From NCBI RefSeq assembly GCF_009914755.1, contig NC_060946.1: 64,000 nt of DNA; one strand, written 5' to 3'. This DNA comes from the human T2T-CHM13v2.0 reference genome, Homo sapiens. The notes beneath the pieces were generated by a model. The model was not told where the DNA came from. It ran no database searches and was given only the letters and a program-made list of their open reading frames with translations. The position numbers and the translations under genes are program-made. Position 1 is the first letter of the stretch; every line of letters starts with the position of its first letter. Shown here piece after piece: positions 1 to 16,759 of this stretch.

Positions 1-26
1 TGCTTTCCAAAGAAATAATGTCACAA

Positions 27-81
27 TAGTGTTAGTTAAAAAAAATAGTGTTAGTTAAAAAAATTGTGTTAGTTAAAAAAA
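27..81. repeat. Short tandem repeat, 3 x (T[A/T]GTGTTAGTT + A7-8), period 18-19 bp
   Basis: Units start at 27, 46 and 64. Confidence 0.9.
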
Positions 82-129
82 GAAAGAACTCACAGATGTA
101 CTGCATGTCAAGGTATGAAAGTGTGTCTA

Positions 130-480
130 TGTTCAAACATTCTCTTATTTATTCCTCACATAATATTATTCAACCACACACGTGGTAGATGGAGTGTTTA
201 TCTCTCCTATTTTTCAAATCCAGAGCTCAGAAAAGTAAAATCATTTGCCCCAAAGACCCCAACTCAGAAACTTATGTCATCTGACTCCAGATCTCGTGTC
301 CCTTGAGTGACAATGTCCTTGAATTACTTAACCTCTTGTTGCCCTGGTGTCCTCATCTGTGATATGGAGATAAGAAAAGTATAATCCTCCTAGTGTTGTG
401 TGAAGGTCAAATGAGTTAATTTGGTGTGATGCTTAGAGAAGTGCCTGATACATACTAAGAACTCTGTAAATGTTACTTAT
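130..480. mobile_element. Two adjacent MIR relics (approx. 130-300 minus, 305-480 plus)
   Basis: 'ctcagaaaagtaaaatcatttgcccca' (minus core) and 'acttaacctct...cctcatctgtgatatggag' (plus core). Confidence 0.7.
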
Positions 481-774
481 TGTTGTTGAGTTATTTTAAT
501 ATTGAATTATTATTAAAATTCTCCCTTGTTAGAATTCTATCCTTGAATTTCTGATGCATTTTTCATGCAGCTGCATTTTAGATAAGACATATTAAATACC
601 TGTCTTTCACTACTGGGATTTATCTTGGTAAGGCTGCACGCCATAGTCTAGCGCCTTACGATTCACCGGATTTTCCTGTCTCCAATTGTTCCCATTCACC
701 TGTCTCCCCAGCGAGAGTGTAAGTTCCTGGAAACTAGAGAGTATTGCTGATAGAGGTCTGGACAAAGTGTGACT

Positions 775-900
775 GTTTTCCTTTTTCATTGAGATCTGTA
801 ATCCATCTGGAATTGATTTTTTTTTTTCTGTATGGTATGAAGCAGGGGTTGAGATGCATTTCGTTCCCTATACAGACCTGGGTGACCCAACACCATTGCA
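775..900 (-). mobile_element. Old L1 (L1M) ORF2 fragment
   Basis: Minus frame reads WCW...LNPCFIPY-KKINSRWITDLN, resembling L1 ORF2p KWCW...[20 protein letters not shown]. Confidence 0.85.
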
Positions 901-1649
901 TCCTGCTTGCTTGGCTCATAAAGTTCTCTCTGCTTCAACTGCCATCTCCTTTCTCAGGACCTATTTGAGTCTTCCATATTCTTCAAAGCACAACTAAAAT
1001 CCTGCCTCCTTTATGAAGTCTTTCCTGACTAATGCACTATTCATTTATACCATGATGATCTATTTATTTTCTACTCTGTGTTGGGCATTGTGATAGGCAA
1101 AGGGATGCTGGGCGCTGGGGAGAGTGGTGAATGAATCAGAGACCATCCCTTCCCTCAAGAATCACACAGGCCAGGAAAGGGACACAGACATTGACCAAGT
1201 TATGGTGCATGTGGGTGTTGGGAAGTGGAATTCTGGGCTCCTGGAGATGTGTAACTGGGATGTAACCTAGTTTGGGTTTTCAATGAAGTCTCTCCCAAGG
1301 CATCCATGTTGAAATTGAGACCTTGAAGATGACTAGGAACTTGCTAGACCAGGTCATGGGGGTGGGGAGATTGGTATTTCTCCATGTTCCAGTCTTGAAG
1401 AGCACAGACATATTTAATATTCTTTCTTTATGTTTCATGTTGATCTATCTGGATAGATGTTCCTTGGGGATTAGGAGCAGAAACTATTTTTTAAAAATCC
1501 ATTACAGAGCCTAGTACAGGGCTGAAAGCAAAGTAGGTGTTCTATGTATGTTAGTTCAGAGGGCAGGTAAAAGCATTGTATCAGTCATGCTGGAAATGCT
1601 GTAATCTGGTCATTTGCTCAGAGGAGGGAACTAAATGAGAGGAAGTATA

Positions 1650-2090
1650 CCAGCTTTTGGAGGCAGACAGATCTGGTGTAAACCTTGGCTTTGTCACTTA
1701 CCAGCTATTCATGTTGAGCCAATTTACTTAATCTGAGTCTGTTTCCTCATCTGAAAAAGATATATAATCGTATCTGCCCCATAGGCTTATTATAAGTTTA
1801 AAAGGAAGAAATCCAGTAAAACCCTGATCCTGGGCATCTAGTAGGCAGTCAATACAACATCAGTCTCTTTTCCCATCTTAAATTCAAAAGGCAATGTGGT
1901 GTGATGGGATGGATATGGGCTTTAGAATCAGACAGCCCAATGACTGAACTCTGACTTCATCACCTCTCTGCTTAACTTCTCTGAGCCTGTTTGTTCACCT
2001 GTAGAATGGCATACTAGCTCCTGCGTTTGAGGAGCTCTGGGAAAATTAGGTGAAATAAATTGTGTTGAACACCTGCCACATTCTAAGGGT
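1650..2090 (+). mobile_element. Two MIR relics
   Basis: 'tttacttaatctgagtctgtttcctcatctgaaaa' and 'cttaacttctctgagcctgtttgttcacctgtagaatgg'. Confidence 0.75.
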
Positions 2091-2848
2091 TGGTAACCAT
2101 CAACCCGAACCTTAAAAGTCCTACACGTTTTAGCTGCTTGCCAAGAGTATAAGCATTGGAGCTCTGCAGTATTTACCTGGCCATGGCAGCTAATCAATAA
2201 ACATGTGCAGTATGATTGTCTGATTCTAAGTGCCATCCTGGGTGGAGGTGGAGGGCAGGAGAAGGGACAGGTAGTGAATTCTGAGTTGTGTGCTGGTGAC
2301 ACCAGGTGGCTTCTGGATGGCTTCCAGGACTCTGGGTCCAGGACACTGCCAGCCTCTTCTCTGTGACTTTGCTCCATTGGGTTTTGGTGGGACCAACCTC
2401 CCCTTTCTTCCCAAGAGGAACTTGCCACCATATGGCTGCGTCTTCATCTGGACTAGAACCTGGTGAAACCCAGAGGAAAGCAGCCAAGTGTGCCTGCAGG
2501 GGCCCCTCAGAGGCAGCTGCTCCTCTGTCACATCCCAGGCTGCAGAGGCTGCCCCAGTCTGCTGCCAGGTCTCCTTGCTGCCCTTACATGAGCGACTGGC
2601 TTTCCCCTTCCTGGGGAGACAGGTGGCAGCTGTATGGCCTAAGCGCCGGCTCTACCTCTCTGCCTTCCTGTTAGCCACCAGGGCTTACCTTTCTCTAGTC
2701 CTGACAAGTCAGAAAGAATGAAATGGACACAGTCAGGCAAGAATTGATGATATTGGATGTGGCTGCTATCTCTGGTCTTGCCTCCACTTTTGAAAGGAAG
2801 GAGAGAGACAACAGAATGGCCTGCAGATGGGAATAAAACTTAGAGAAG

Positions 2849-3420
<572 letters not shown>

Positions 3421-4724
3421 AGGTTTTCTCAAATTTGAGTGGTGTAGGGATGTATTAAATGAATATAATTCTGATGGCACCACAGGATGACAGAGTTTAA
3501 AAAATTCTGAGGTTTAAAATGTAAAAACATTATCACTAGGTGCAAATTTCTTACGCTCACGCTCACAGCTCTCATACAATTGTCAAAATTACCAAGGAAA
3601 TACAGAGTTGCAGTACTAATAAAAGTCAAATGAACAATGTTGATTGAATGCGATGGGTGATGTTTTGCCGGAGTGTCTATTGAGTTCACTACGCTTTGTC
3701 CAATATGTACCAAGTGTTGACTCTGTTTGTCTGCTAATGTTTTCAGTTTGAATTATCTTAAGACCCTCATACATAAAGACCACCGTAATGTCATTTGACA
3801 TCAGTTGACAGTAGTCCCATCATCCACCTTGCCTCTGTTCTTTTCTCCTTAGTCAATGATAATCAAGGCGGTAAAGTTCCTGCCCAATGATGCTGCCTTT
3901 GTGATGTAAGATCAAAGTCTCAATTTGTCCAATAACTTAAGAAGTGAAAGTGCTATTCTACGAGTCTGACTTTCCACTGACACAGACTGTGACAGAGAAG
4001 TTTAGTCTTCCTAAGGTAAAAGATTTTAATCTGAGGGTCGATTGTTGTCACTTGAAATTTGGACATACATGCCACTCTCGTGGCAGCTGGACATGTTTAT
4101 CAATCTGTTAAGAGTTAAATGCTGTCACTTGGGGTCATCGCTTTGTGTAAACACAAAGGCAAACTCCAGCACTGAAATGGCACAGCCGTGCTGGGTTGGA
4201 AGGCGCCTCTGCAGATCCTTATAAGCCAGTTATGCTTAAGTGGATTTTAAAAGATTATCATCAACTAGAAAACACGTTCAAGCATGTGCATACACACACA
4301 CACACAGTGCCTGGACTGCTGAGTCTAGGAAGGACTAATAGACTCTAGGAAATCCTACCCCATCTTCTGTGACTTCGCTCAGATTACAGCAGAGCAGGCC
4401 AGCAAAGACAAGTAGTTGGACACCTCACCTTTCAGTCCAAATCTTCCAAATCTGTTTGCAGAGGGAAAGTGGCTCAGAGAGGCATTCCTTTCCTAGCATA
4501 AGAACTTAAGGCAGATGGTCCTCTGGGATGCAATTGAACGACTTTCCACTAAGTGATAGCAAAACTCATGCCCCAGAGTGATGTTTGCTGTGTAGAGAGA
4601 AATGTGTTCACATGGATGCATTTGGAGAAAAAGGATTCTAATGGTATTTTTTCCTTTCCTTCAAATAAACAATCACCACGTAGAAAATCTGTTCTGCTTC
4701 TTTTGTCAGTTCACTTGTTTTGGG

Positions 4725-4900
4725 ATATGGTGGAGTGTTTAAGAACACAGACTTATGAGTAAGACTCCCCAGATTTGAATTCCAGCAATATTATTGACTG
4801 TGGGCCTTGGCCAAGTTACTTAATTTCTCCGCACCTTTTTTTTGCTCATCTGTAAAATGGTGCTAGTGGTAATTTGTGACTACCTACTGGGTTTGTTATG
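4725..4900 (+). mobile_element. MIR
   Basis: 'ccttggccaagttacttaatttctc...ctcatctgtaaaatgg'. Confidence 0.8.
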
Positions 4901-5425
4901 GAGCTCACGTCAGACACACACATTAAATGCTGACCACGGGGCCTTGCGTCAGAGCATCCAGAGCCAATGAGAGTCACATTTGCATTATTTACCAGGTTCT
5001 GTCTTGTATCTGGCCTGAGGCCAGTAGGAGCTCAAAAAAGAATAAGTATTTACTATTCCAATCCTTATCCTTCAAGGCTGATTTGAGTTGCACTTCCTCT
5101 GGGAAGCCTTCCCTGCTTCTGGAAATCTAGTGTCAGAGCTGCCAGCACCTAAGCAGCCTGCTCCTGACTGTTGGGTTTGATAGTCCAAGTCTGTCTGTTC
5201 TGGTAACAAACTTTGTGTTTAGAACTCTTACATTGTATGAGATGGGAGCAATTCAAGGCCAAAAAGTGACTTGCTTTTGGATTAAACTTGCTGCCTGGAT
5301 GAATGTCTAATGGATCTCTTATAGGTATTGAGCTCATTCTTGAAACTACTAAAGAAACCAGGAGAACAGAATGAATTCCATCCCTAATGTCCATAGGTCG
5401 CTTTTTATTTAGGAAAACAAAGATT

Positions 5426-5795
<370 letters not shown>

Positions 5796-6164
5796 TTAAG
5801 TATGAGGTGTGTGTGCATGCATGCATACATACACAGGCACACACACAAACACTACTGGAGCTTCCCTCTTGCCTTTCTGTTGCATGCACACACAGGCACT
5901 GTAGCACATACTCCCCTGTGCTCCCCTGTGTCCTCCCCTGCCAGTGCAGGCTCCTGGTGACAGTGTCTTATTCACCCTGACATCACAGAATCGAAAAGAT
6001 GCTGGAAATAGTAGATGCTCAGTAAAGATTTCCTAACTAGAGCGGCATTAAAAAGACAACAGGATCTTCAGCCAGTGAAGACAAACTTGTAGGTTTGCGA
6101 GACAAACCATACTGTTTTCCAGCATGTTGGTTCATGTATCTGCCAAAGACGACAACAATTAAAC

Positions 6165-6380
6165 AGCAGGTGACATTTACTGAGTGCTCCCTATGTGCCG
6201 CTCACTCTGCTCAAGGCTTTCTATCTATGATCTCATTTAACTTTCCAAACACCATTACAAAGAAGGCACGGCTCTCATTCCCTGTTTACAGATGAGGAAA
6301 CTGAGGCACAGAGAAGTTTAGTGACTTGTGCACACTTGTTTAGCTAGTCGGTGGAGGGGCAGGATTCAGACCTGGCCAAT
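6165..6380 (-). mobile_element. MIR
   Basis: 'tttacagatgaggaaactgaggcacagagaagtttagtgacttg'. Confidence 0.85.
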
Positions 6381-6454
6381 TGGCTCAACCAACATTTCCT
6401 GAGCCCCCAACTATGTGCTAGGCACAAGCTAGTGTGGCACAATACTTGAAATCG

Positions 6455-6670
6455 GCAGTTCTCAATTATTAGTGTGCCATGGAATCTCCCGCAGGGCTTG
6501 TGGAAATGCAGACTGCAGGGCCCTATGCCCAGAATTTCTGATTCAATGGATTTGGGGCAACACCAGAAAATATGCCTTCCTAATAAGTTCCCCAAAGTGC
6601 TGAGGTCCAGGGATGTACTCATCATGAGGATCATGAGGTCCAGGGATGGACTGGAGATCCATGGGTTTAG
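6455..6670. mobile_element. MER5A-type hAT-Charlie DNA transposon
   Basis: 'cagttctcaa...gaatctcccgcagggcttgtggaaatgcagactgcagggccct...cccagaatttctgattca'; small internal repeat tgaggtccagggatg x2. Confidence 0.8.
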
Positions 6671-6818
6671 ATCTTACTTCCTTACTTTTAGAATAGGAAA
6701 GGAGAGTTTAGCAACATATGTAACACAAGCCATCTTGTGGGAACAGAAGCCAAAATATGCCGGGTGAAGGCAGACATTCGGCTCTGGACCTCTGTGGGGA
6801 GGGAGGGAACAATTTTTA

Positions 6819-7520
<702 letters not shown>

Positions 7521-7599
7521 AGAACGTGGATTATTAATGGAGGCATAACTCTGGAGAAGATTTGGAAGTGTGATGAGGGAAGGTTGCATTTGGCATTCA

Positions 7600-8210
7600 T
7601 ATGCTGGGGCCAGAGAGCCTCGACTAAAACCACAGCTCTGCCCCTTCCTGCTGGTGTAATCTTGGGCATATGGCTTAATTGTCCTGTGCCCAGTTTCCCT
7701 CTCTGGAAAATGGGGTAACAGGAATATCTACTCGATTGCGTTCATTGTGAGCACCAAGTGAGTTAGTACAAGAGTGCCTGGCCAGAGTCTGCCCCCGGTG
7801 ACTTCGTTAGCTGGTAATTGACACAGAAAGACTGAGACTGAAAGAGTGAGGGTTGAGCCACTGAAAGGGACTCAGCTGAGCATCTAGGGGGAATTGCTTA
7901 AAAACTGACAATAATGATGATGATGATGACGATGGTAATAAAAATGATAATGATAACTACTATTAGTATCATTCATTAAGACATTTGTGGGCCAGTGTGC
8001 AAAATGCTCTACAGCAAAATTTCATTGAGTCCTCTTGTCATCCCAATTATTATTTCTGCTGTCAGGATGGAGAGACTGGGGTTCAGTCTCATTAACCCCA
8101 ATAATGCTCTGTGTGACCTTGGGCAAGTTGCTTGACTTCTCTGGGCCTCCAAGACGGGGTTGGTCTCAAAGTTCTTGAAGGGCCTTTTGGCTTGCAGATT
8201 CTAGACTGTA
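7600..8210. mobile_element. Cluster of MIR/MIR3 relics
   Basis: 'cttgggcatatggcttaattgtcctgtgcccagtttccctctctggaaaatggg' and 'gtgtgaccttgggcaagttgcttgacttctctgggcctc'. Confidence 0.7.
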
Positions 8211-8489
8211 CAGTTCCTAAGCGGCGACTCCTCACCTCATCTCATTAATATGCATCTGTTCTTACAGCCTTAGGGATCCCAAGAGAGGGGACCTTGTTGC
8301 CTTTGAGCTTCAGATATCAGGGGACCAGATTCCCTGGAATTCATGATTTGGAATTCTAGAATCATTTCTAAATCATGCAGCACCAGCAAATGCTTGGAGT
8401 CTGTGTGGGAGGCAGCGGGGATGGCCCGAGGCAAAGCCGTGAACCAGGCAGAGGCTTCTCTCACCTTCCCAGCCTGCTCCTGGTGGTGA

Positions 8490-8710
8490 GAGCAATGGCA
8501 GTCCTTCGCACAGTACTGACTGCATGCCAGGCACCCCACATCTTCCCCGTCAGTGCCCCGAGCCCTGTAGCAAACCTATGAGGTAGGGGAATGCTCTCTT
8601 TTCCAGATGAGAAAACAGGCCCAGAGAGGTCAGGCTGCTCACCCACAGCACCCAGGCTGAGGGTCAGAGCCTGGACTTGAACCCAGGTCTGTCTGCCTCC
8701 AAAACTTCTG
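8490..8710 (-). mobile_element. MIR
   Basis: 'tttccagatgagaaaacaggcccagagaggtcagg...ggacttgaacccaggtctgtctg'. Confidence 0.8.
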
Positions 8711-8946
8711 CCAGTGAAGACCAGCCTAAACTGTCTCCCTCCCTGCATATCTTTCTACTCCTTTCTTTCCTGTTTCTGAATTCCCCATTGCCCTTTCATC
8801 TTGCTGGCCCCCCTCCAAACCTGCCCCTAGTTCTTTGGGAAAGGTCTAATGAACACCTTCAAGGTGGCTTGAATTATCCCCAACCCCAGGGCCTGGATTC
8901 TGTGACTCTGGGGTGAGAGACCCTCTTGATCAAGAACCACAGATTA

Positions 8947-9306
<360 letters not shown>

Positions 9307-10130
9307 TTAGGGTCCTAATGTAAAAGGTGTCAATAAGGCATCTCTGAGGCTCCACCAGGCTTTGTGCAATCCCTGGCAGGAGAATGCAGGACGTTTCAAA
9401 AATTAAAATAGTTTCTGTATACAGAGGAGAGAACGCTGGATAGAGAGTCTGAAAATGCATTCTGGCTCTCCCACTAACTTGCTGTGTGACCTTGGACAAG
9501 TTGCATCCACTCTCTGGGCCTCATTTCAATCGAGGGTTGGATGAGATGGCCTTTCTTCACTCTATAATTTGGTGATCACATTCTGCCTTGAGGTTGTTTG
9601 TATGTCCTCCCACCCCCATTCTCTTGTTGGAGGGCAGGGTCCTTCAGGGCAGGGCACTGCTACCCCTTCTTTGCTTTGGTTGGTGTCCCCAGGGTCTAGA
9701 TAACACCCTCACAAACTCTGTGTTCAGTAAGTATTGTCCAGCGAATGAACGATGCTTCCAAGTATGTAGTAGGCTGCTTGATTCTGCAAACTGTAATGTA
9801 TCACATCCAGATCATCACCGATGATAGCAGCTAATTTGGGTTTTTAAAAGGAAACTGTATTATGCTTTGTCTGACTTGATAAAGTAGCTCAGCTTTGGAG
9901 AAATCGTGTTTATCTTTAACTACAGTTTAAAAAAATAATTTTTCATAAAACCTTCAGAAGATAATTTGACTGTATGTGCTTTTCTACCTCAAGTCATTTT
10001 CTTGGAAAAAAACAAAAATTGAGAACAAGTGCTACTCAGAAACAGGCAATGCTGCTTGGGAATTTAAAGGCACAGGCATGAAAAATTTAGCAGATTGAGC
10101 TAGCTACCTTGAAACCTGGTTTTGCATTGA

Positions 10131-10430
<300 letters not shown>

Positions 10431-11089
10431 CGACACCTTTAAAATTAGTATCAGTTGCAGACTAACTGTGAGCTCCAAATTCTAACCCTATTTCTGATGC
10501 TGACTTGTTTTAGTCTCTGAAAGAGTCACTTAAATGTTCGATCCAAGCTTGCTTCTCCGGCAAAGCATAACAGCATTGACCTACCTCATTCTTGACTACT
10601 TCTTTTTTTTTCCTCTCTTTTAAAAGAATCATCTGATCCATACCACCATTTCTTATTTTTATCCTCTTCTTCTTCCTTCCTCTTCCTCCTTCTTCCCGCT
10701 CCTCCTCTAATAATTGGACAAAATGTAAGATCAGAGAATAGATACTGTCAGGGTTTCATTGGTCTGTTCTCTTCTTTATCAGTGAAGACCATATTTATGA
10801 GATCTTTGTGGATTTCCCTGCAAAGGCAAGCTGAGAACCTTAAACAACTAGGGAGGAGCTTTTTAAAGAGTCGAGTCATATTTTGGTTTCTGTCTCTTCA
10901 ATGGTTTGCTTTTGGGAGATTTTCCAGCTCTAATGTTAAAAGGTGTCACTTTATCCAAGCAGAAAAGTCCCAGTTGATTAAGAGTCTGTAGCTATACATA
11001 GGGAGATCTTGGCCTCAGTCTTGGCCAGAGGAAAAACTGACAGCTTTAGAGTAAAACGAAGACCCCAAAGATGGTCAGTATAGTATGGG

Positions 11090-11260
11090 GTGACAGGCAT
11101 TTATTCGGTGCAAGCCGACTTCATTTAATCATGGTATAATCCTCCAAGCTGGTTATCCTCATTTTATAGAAGAGGAAACTGAGGTTCAGAGAGGTTAAGT
11201 GACTTGGCCAGGGCCACACAGATAGGAAGTGACAGAGCTCTTCTGATTCCAAAGCCTGTC
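11090..11260 (-). mobile_element. MIR
   Basis: 'attttatagaagaggaaactgaggttcagagaggttaagtgacttggccagggccacaca'. Confidence 0.85.
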
Positions 11261-11489
11261 TCTGTCAAAGTCTGTCACTCCTCTGAGGAGACAACCTGGC
11301 ATCAGGCTTGAGACAGTAAACTAGAGCCAGATATGAAGAGACTGGGGAATCAGATGAAAGCCCCCCACTCCCTCCCCTCCCATCTAGGACCCCATCTAGG
11401 ACCTGGGGGAAGGAGGAAGGAGTGGGTAGGGGTGGAGCCTATGTGCCTGGAATAGTGGGAGGTGAAAGTGGGAAGTGGATGAGAGTGGG

Positions 11490-11492
<3 letters not shown>

Positions 11493-11536
<44 letters not shown>
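11493..11536. repeat. (GT)22 microsatellite
   Basis: Direct count. Confidence 0.95.
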
Positions 11537-11540
<4 letters not shown>

Positions 11541-11857
11541 GGAGAGAAAATGAATGAGAGAATCAGGGTAGATACATAATTAGGTGTTGTTTGGTTTCAA
11601 AATGAAAATAGCATTATACTTTGTTTGTGATTTTAAAAGCAGGGCATGCTCACGGTAACACATATAGTCTGTACAGAAAGGAACAATCAAGAAAGCAAAA
11701 ACTGCTTGTCAACCCACTAGCTAGAGATAACGGTGACCCACAGCTGGACTTTGAATTTTACATTCTCAGGCTTAGCTGCCTTAAACTCACCTCAGTCTTG
11801 CCTGTTGGCAAGTTGCCATGGAGACCACTCAAAAGCAGTTAGCATGAATGACTTTGA

Positions 11858-12061
<204 letters not shown>

Positions 12062-12079
12062 TGATAACTTCTTTGGTTT

Positions 12080-12430
12080 TATTTTATCTAGGATGGATTT
12101 TAAGGCTAACAAAATATGATTATGTTTTCAAAGTCATGTTTCAAAGATTAAGGACTTGCAAACATTTTGATATGATGTTAAGAAAAAAGAGAAAATTGTG
12201 CATACAATATGAACTGAATCCTAATAATATACATATATGTACATTCACAGAAAAAAGGCAAATAACTTTCAGTATTTCTTCTAAAATGTTACCAATGATT
12301 ATTTCTAGGCGAGAACGTTATGAATTATTTTAAGTCTTCTATATACTTTTCTGTATGTACTCAAGTTTTTATAATAAGCATGTTTTGCTTATACAATCAG
12401 AGAATAATGTGTGCTATTTATAAAAAGGAA
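12080..12430 (+). mobile_element. Ancient L1 (L1ME/MC-type) 3' end
   Basis: 'tatacttttctgtatgtactcaagtttttataataagcatgttttgcttatacaatcag'. Confidence 0.6.
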
Positions 12431-13464
12431 TAGATAGTTGGGGACGAGATGTTTTTGAAAGGTACACAGTGACTAGCATATGCAGAGACAAAATAGAGCA
12501 AAACATAAAGCCACTTTGCATTGACCTTAATCAACACCCTTGCCCAGATGGATATTAGAGAGGGAGTAAGGGTAACTGGAGGAAGGAATGTTCATTTGAG
12601 TTTCTGAAATATTCTTTTCCTGCAAATGCCTCTGCTCTGCACGATGTGTGCAAACACTAGTTATAACGAGCAAGGGAAAGTTTCTCTCCGTAGGAGCCCC
12701 AGAAGTCCCCTCTTATTTATATTTAGGGTTCTGCTTTCCTAGTGGAAATTGGTGGTTTTATCCGTGGACATTTCCCAGAAATCAAATGGAAGGGACAGGT
12801 AGGAGAAAATGGTCTGTAATTTCGGTTCCATGGATGTGTGCCATATAATAAATGTCCTCAGCTTGGTGTGTGTTTCTGGCATGAAACTGTCAAGAACTCC
12901 CCTAGAAAGCTCTGATTGTTTGGGTTCACTGGCAGGAAAGTGTGAATCCTGCTGTTCCTTCTAGGTGGATATAATAAGCCCCTCCAACCCCCACTGCTTT
13001 TTTCTTTTGAAATGAGGGGTAAAGACAACAATAAAAGCCAAGAATCCTTAAATCTCAGGAGAGAGTGGAGAGGTGAAAGAGGATCTGTTTTATGGTGCAC
13101 CTTCAATAAAAAAGATTTAGAGGTAAGTCATTTTCTCTTCTTTCTAGGCACTAGATTGAGAGGATTCAGGGAACTAAACCCCAGGGAGAGCTTGGCATAA
13201 ATAAAAAAAAACTGACAACTGTCAAAACAGATAGCAACCAATCAGAAATACAATGTTGAGGGAGGCTCCAGTTCCAAAATGATTCAGAGAAGTGTTTGCT
13301 TGTTACGGCAAGAATAAGGACTTAGGGGAACATTGGGAGGGAATTAGGATGCTCTTCAAAATCCCAAACTTGGAGACTGATTGAGTGAGTTGGGTAAGAC
13401 GGATCTGATTTTATATCTTAAGGAATAACCGAAGCCTTAACTACTGGTGAAGAATATGTTCATT

Positions 13465-15400
<1,936 letters not shown>

Positions 15401-15534
15401 GATGAGAGAGGCGAGGACAAGGGAGCTCCTGTTCCCTGGGTTCTGGAAGTTCACAGATGGTGTTTTCATCCACTGCAATGCAGTGGAGGAAGGTGAAGAA
15501 GGCGAGTTCAGTTATGGACTCAGATGTAGGAGAT

Positions 15535-16028
15535 GTGGTGTGTCACTTCCCTGGGGTGCATGTGACCCTTCCTCCCTTCTCACAGGACACTGATCTTGTG
15601 AAACAACTGCCTCTCAGCCCCCACCTCTGTGTCGGCAGTGTCCTTCAGGGGAAGCTGGCCCCACCCTAGCCCCAGGATGGTCTTCCTGTCCAGGCAGGTA
15701 ACCTATCCCTGAGCAATAATTAGCATGAAGTGGTCCTGTGACCCACTTGGGCCAAAGAGACAGGAGGAAAGGTTTTCTGGGGCCTTCTGAGAAAGTATCT
15801 TCCTTGTTTTTATCTAAAAGCATCCAGAGTGACTCTCTCTGGTCCTTTGTGGATGTGTGGCCCCAAGGCACTGTCCTGTCTCACTCTCAGCCTCAGGATA
15901 GCAAGAGAAACAGGCAAACTAGCTGGAACTGCCCGGTTATGTGAGCAACTCTTTTTTTTTTTTTTTTTACTGTGAAGCCAGTTTGGGTTGTGTTTTCTTA
16001 CCTGCAACTCAAAGCATCTCAACAGATA
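15535..16028 (+). mobile_element. MLT1K-like ERVL-MaLR solo LTR
   Basis: 3' end 'aagccagtttgggttgtgttttcttacctgcaactcaaagcatctcaacagata'; internal 'ggtcctgtgacccacttgggccaa'. Confidence 0.7.
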
Positions 16029-16759
16029 TGAGGGCCAGCGGGACAACCAGATGGATCTTCCAGCAGAGACATGGGCTCTCTGGCTAGGGCTGGACCTCAG
16101 GCTAGAGTCTGAGGTGGAAAAAGGACTCCAATGCTCATGCCCTTCTGAGAGTTGGATTCAATGGGAATCAGAATCATTTTCCTATTCAAAGAAAAGTTTT
16201 ATTTTTAATAAGGAAAGAAGTGGAGTAATGAAAGGAAGAACTTCCTTGAAGAACACGCCACACTGTGTGGTCATGTACAGGGGTGGACTATGATGGAACC
16301 TCTGTATTTACAACTCGAAAGGAGAGATGCTAATCATTAGAGTGATTCAGGCACTGTTCAAAGGGAAGCTGAATGACCTATTTTCTGACTTTTTTTTTTT
16401 AAAAAATGAGAATCCATTTTATGTCGGCTGCCCCAGATGGTCTCTCGAAGACATAGGCTGCTCTGAGGAAAGAAGAGGGGAGCTCTGCGGTCTGGCACAC
16501 GGGAAGACCAAGTCCAGCTTTCACACGTAGGAGCTGCGTGATCCCCCTGGGCCTCATTTGTAAAAAGGAAAAAACAACTGACCTTCCCCCTGCCATCAAG
16601 TTGGTCCTGTGAATTAAATTGGGAAATTCATGTAAAGAAACTTTGCTATGCCCAGCTAATACTAGGAGATTCTCTCTCCTCTCCTCTCTCTCTCTCTCTC
16701 TCTCTCTCAATCCCTTTTCTCTTCCCCCTTCTCTCTCTCTCCCATTAGTATTTCATCTC

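Noticed and set aside
734-919. ORF resembling a reverse-transcriptase-family C-terminal region
   Set aside because: Short decayed L1 ORF2 relic; listed as a mobile element, not a CDS.
1928-2721. Overlapping 77-167 aa ORFs on both strands in a GC-richer stretch
   Set aside because: No recognisable domain, no convincing exon boundaries, partly MIR-derived; expected by chance at this GC content.
11379-11402. 12-bp tandem duplication CCCATCTAGGAC x2
   Set aside because: Ordinary small slippage duplication with no evident functional motif.
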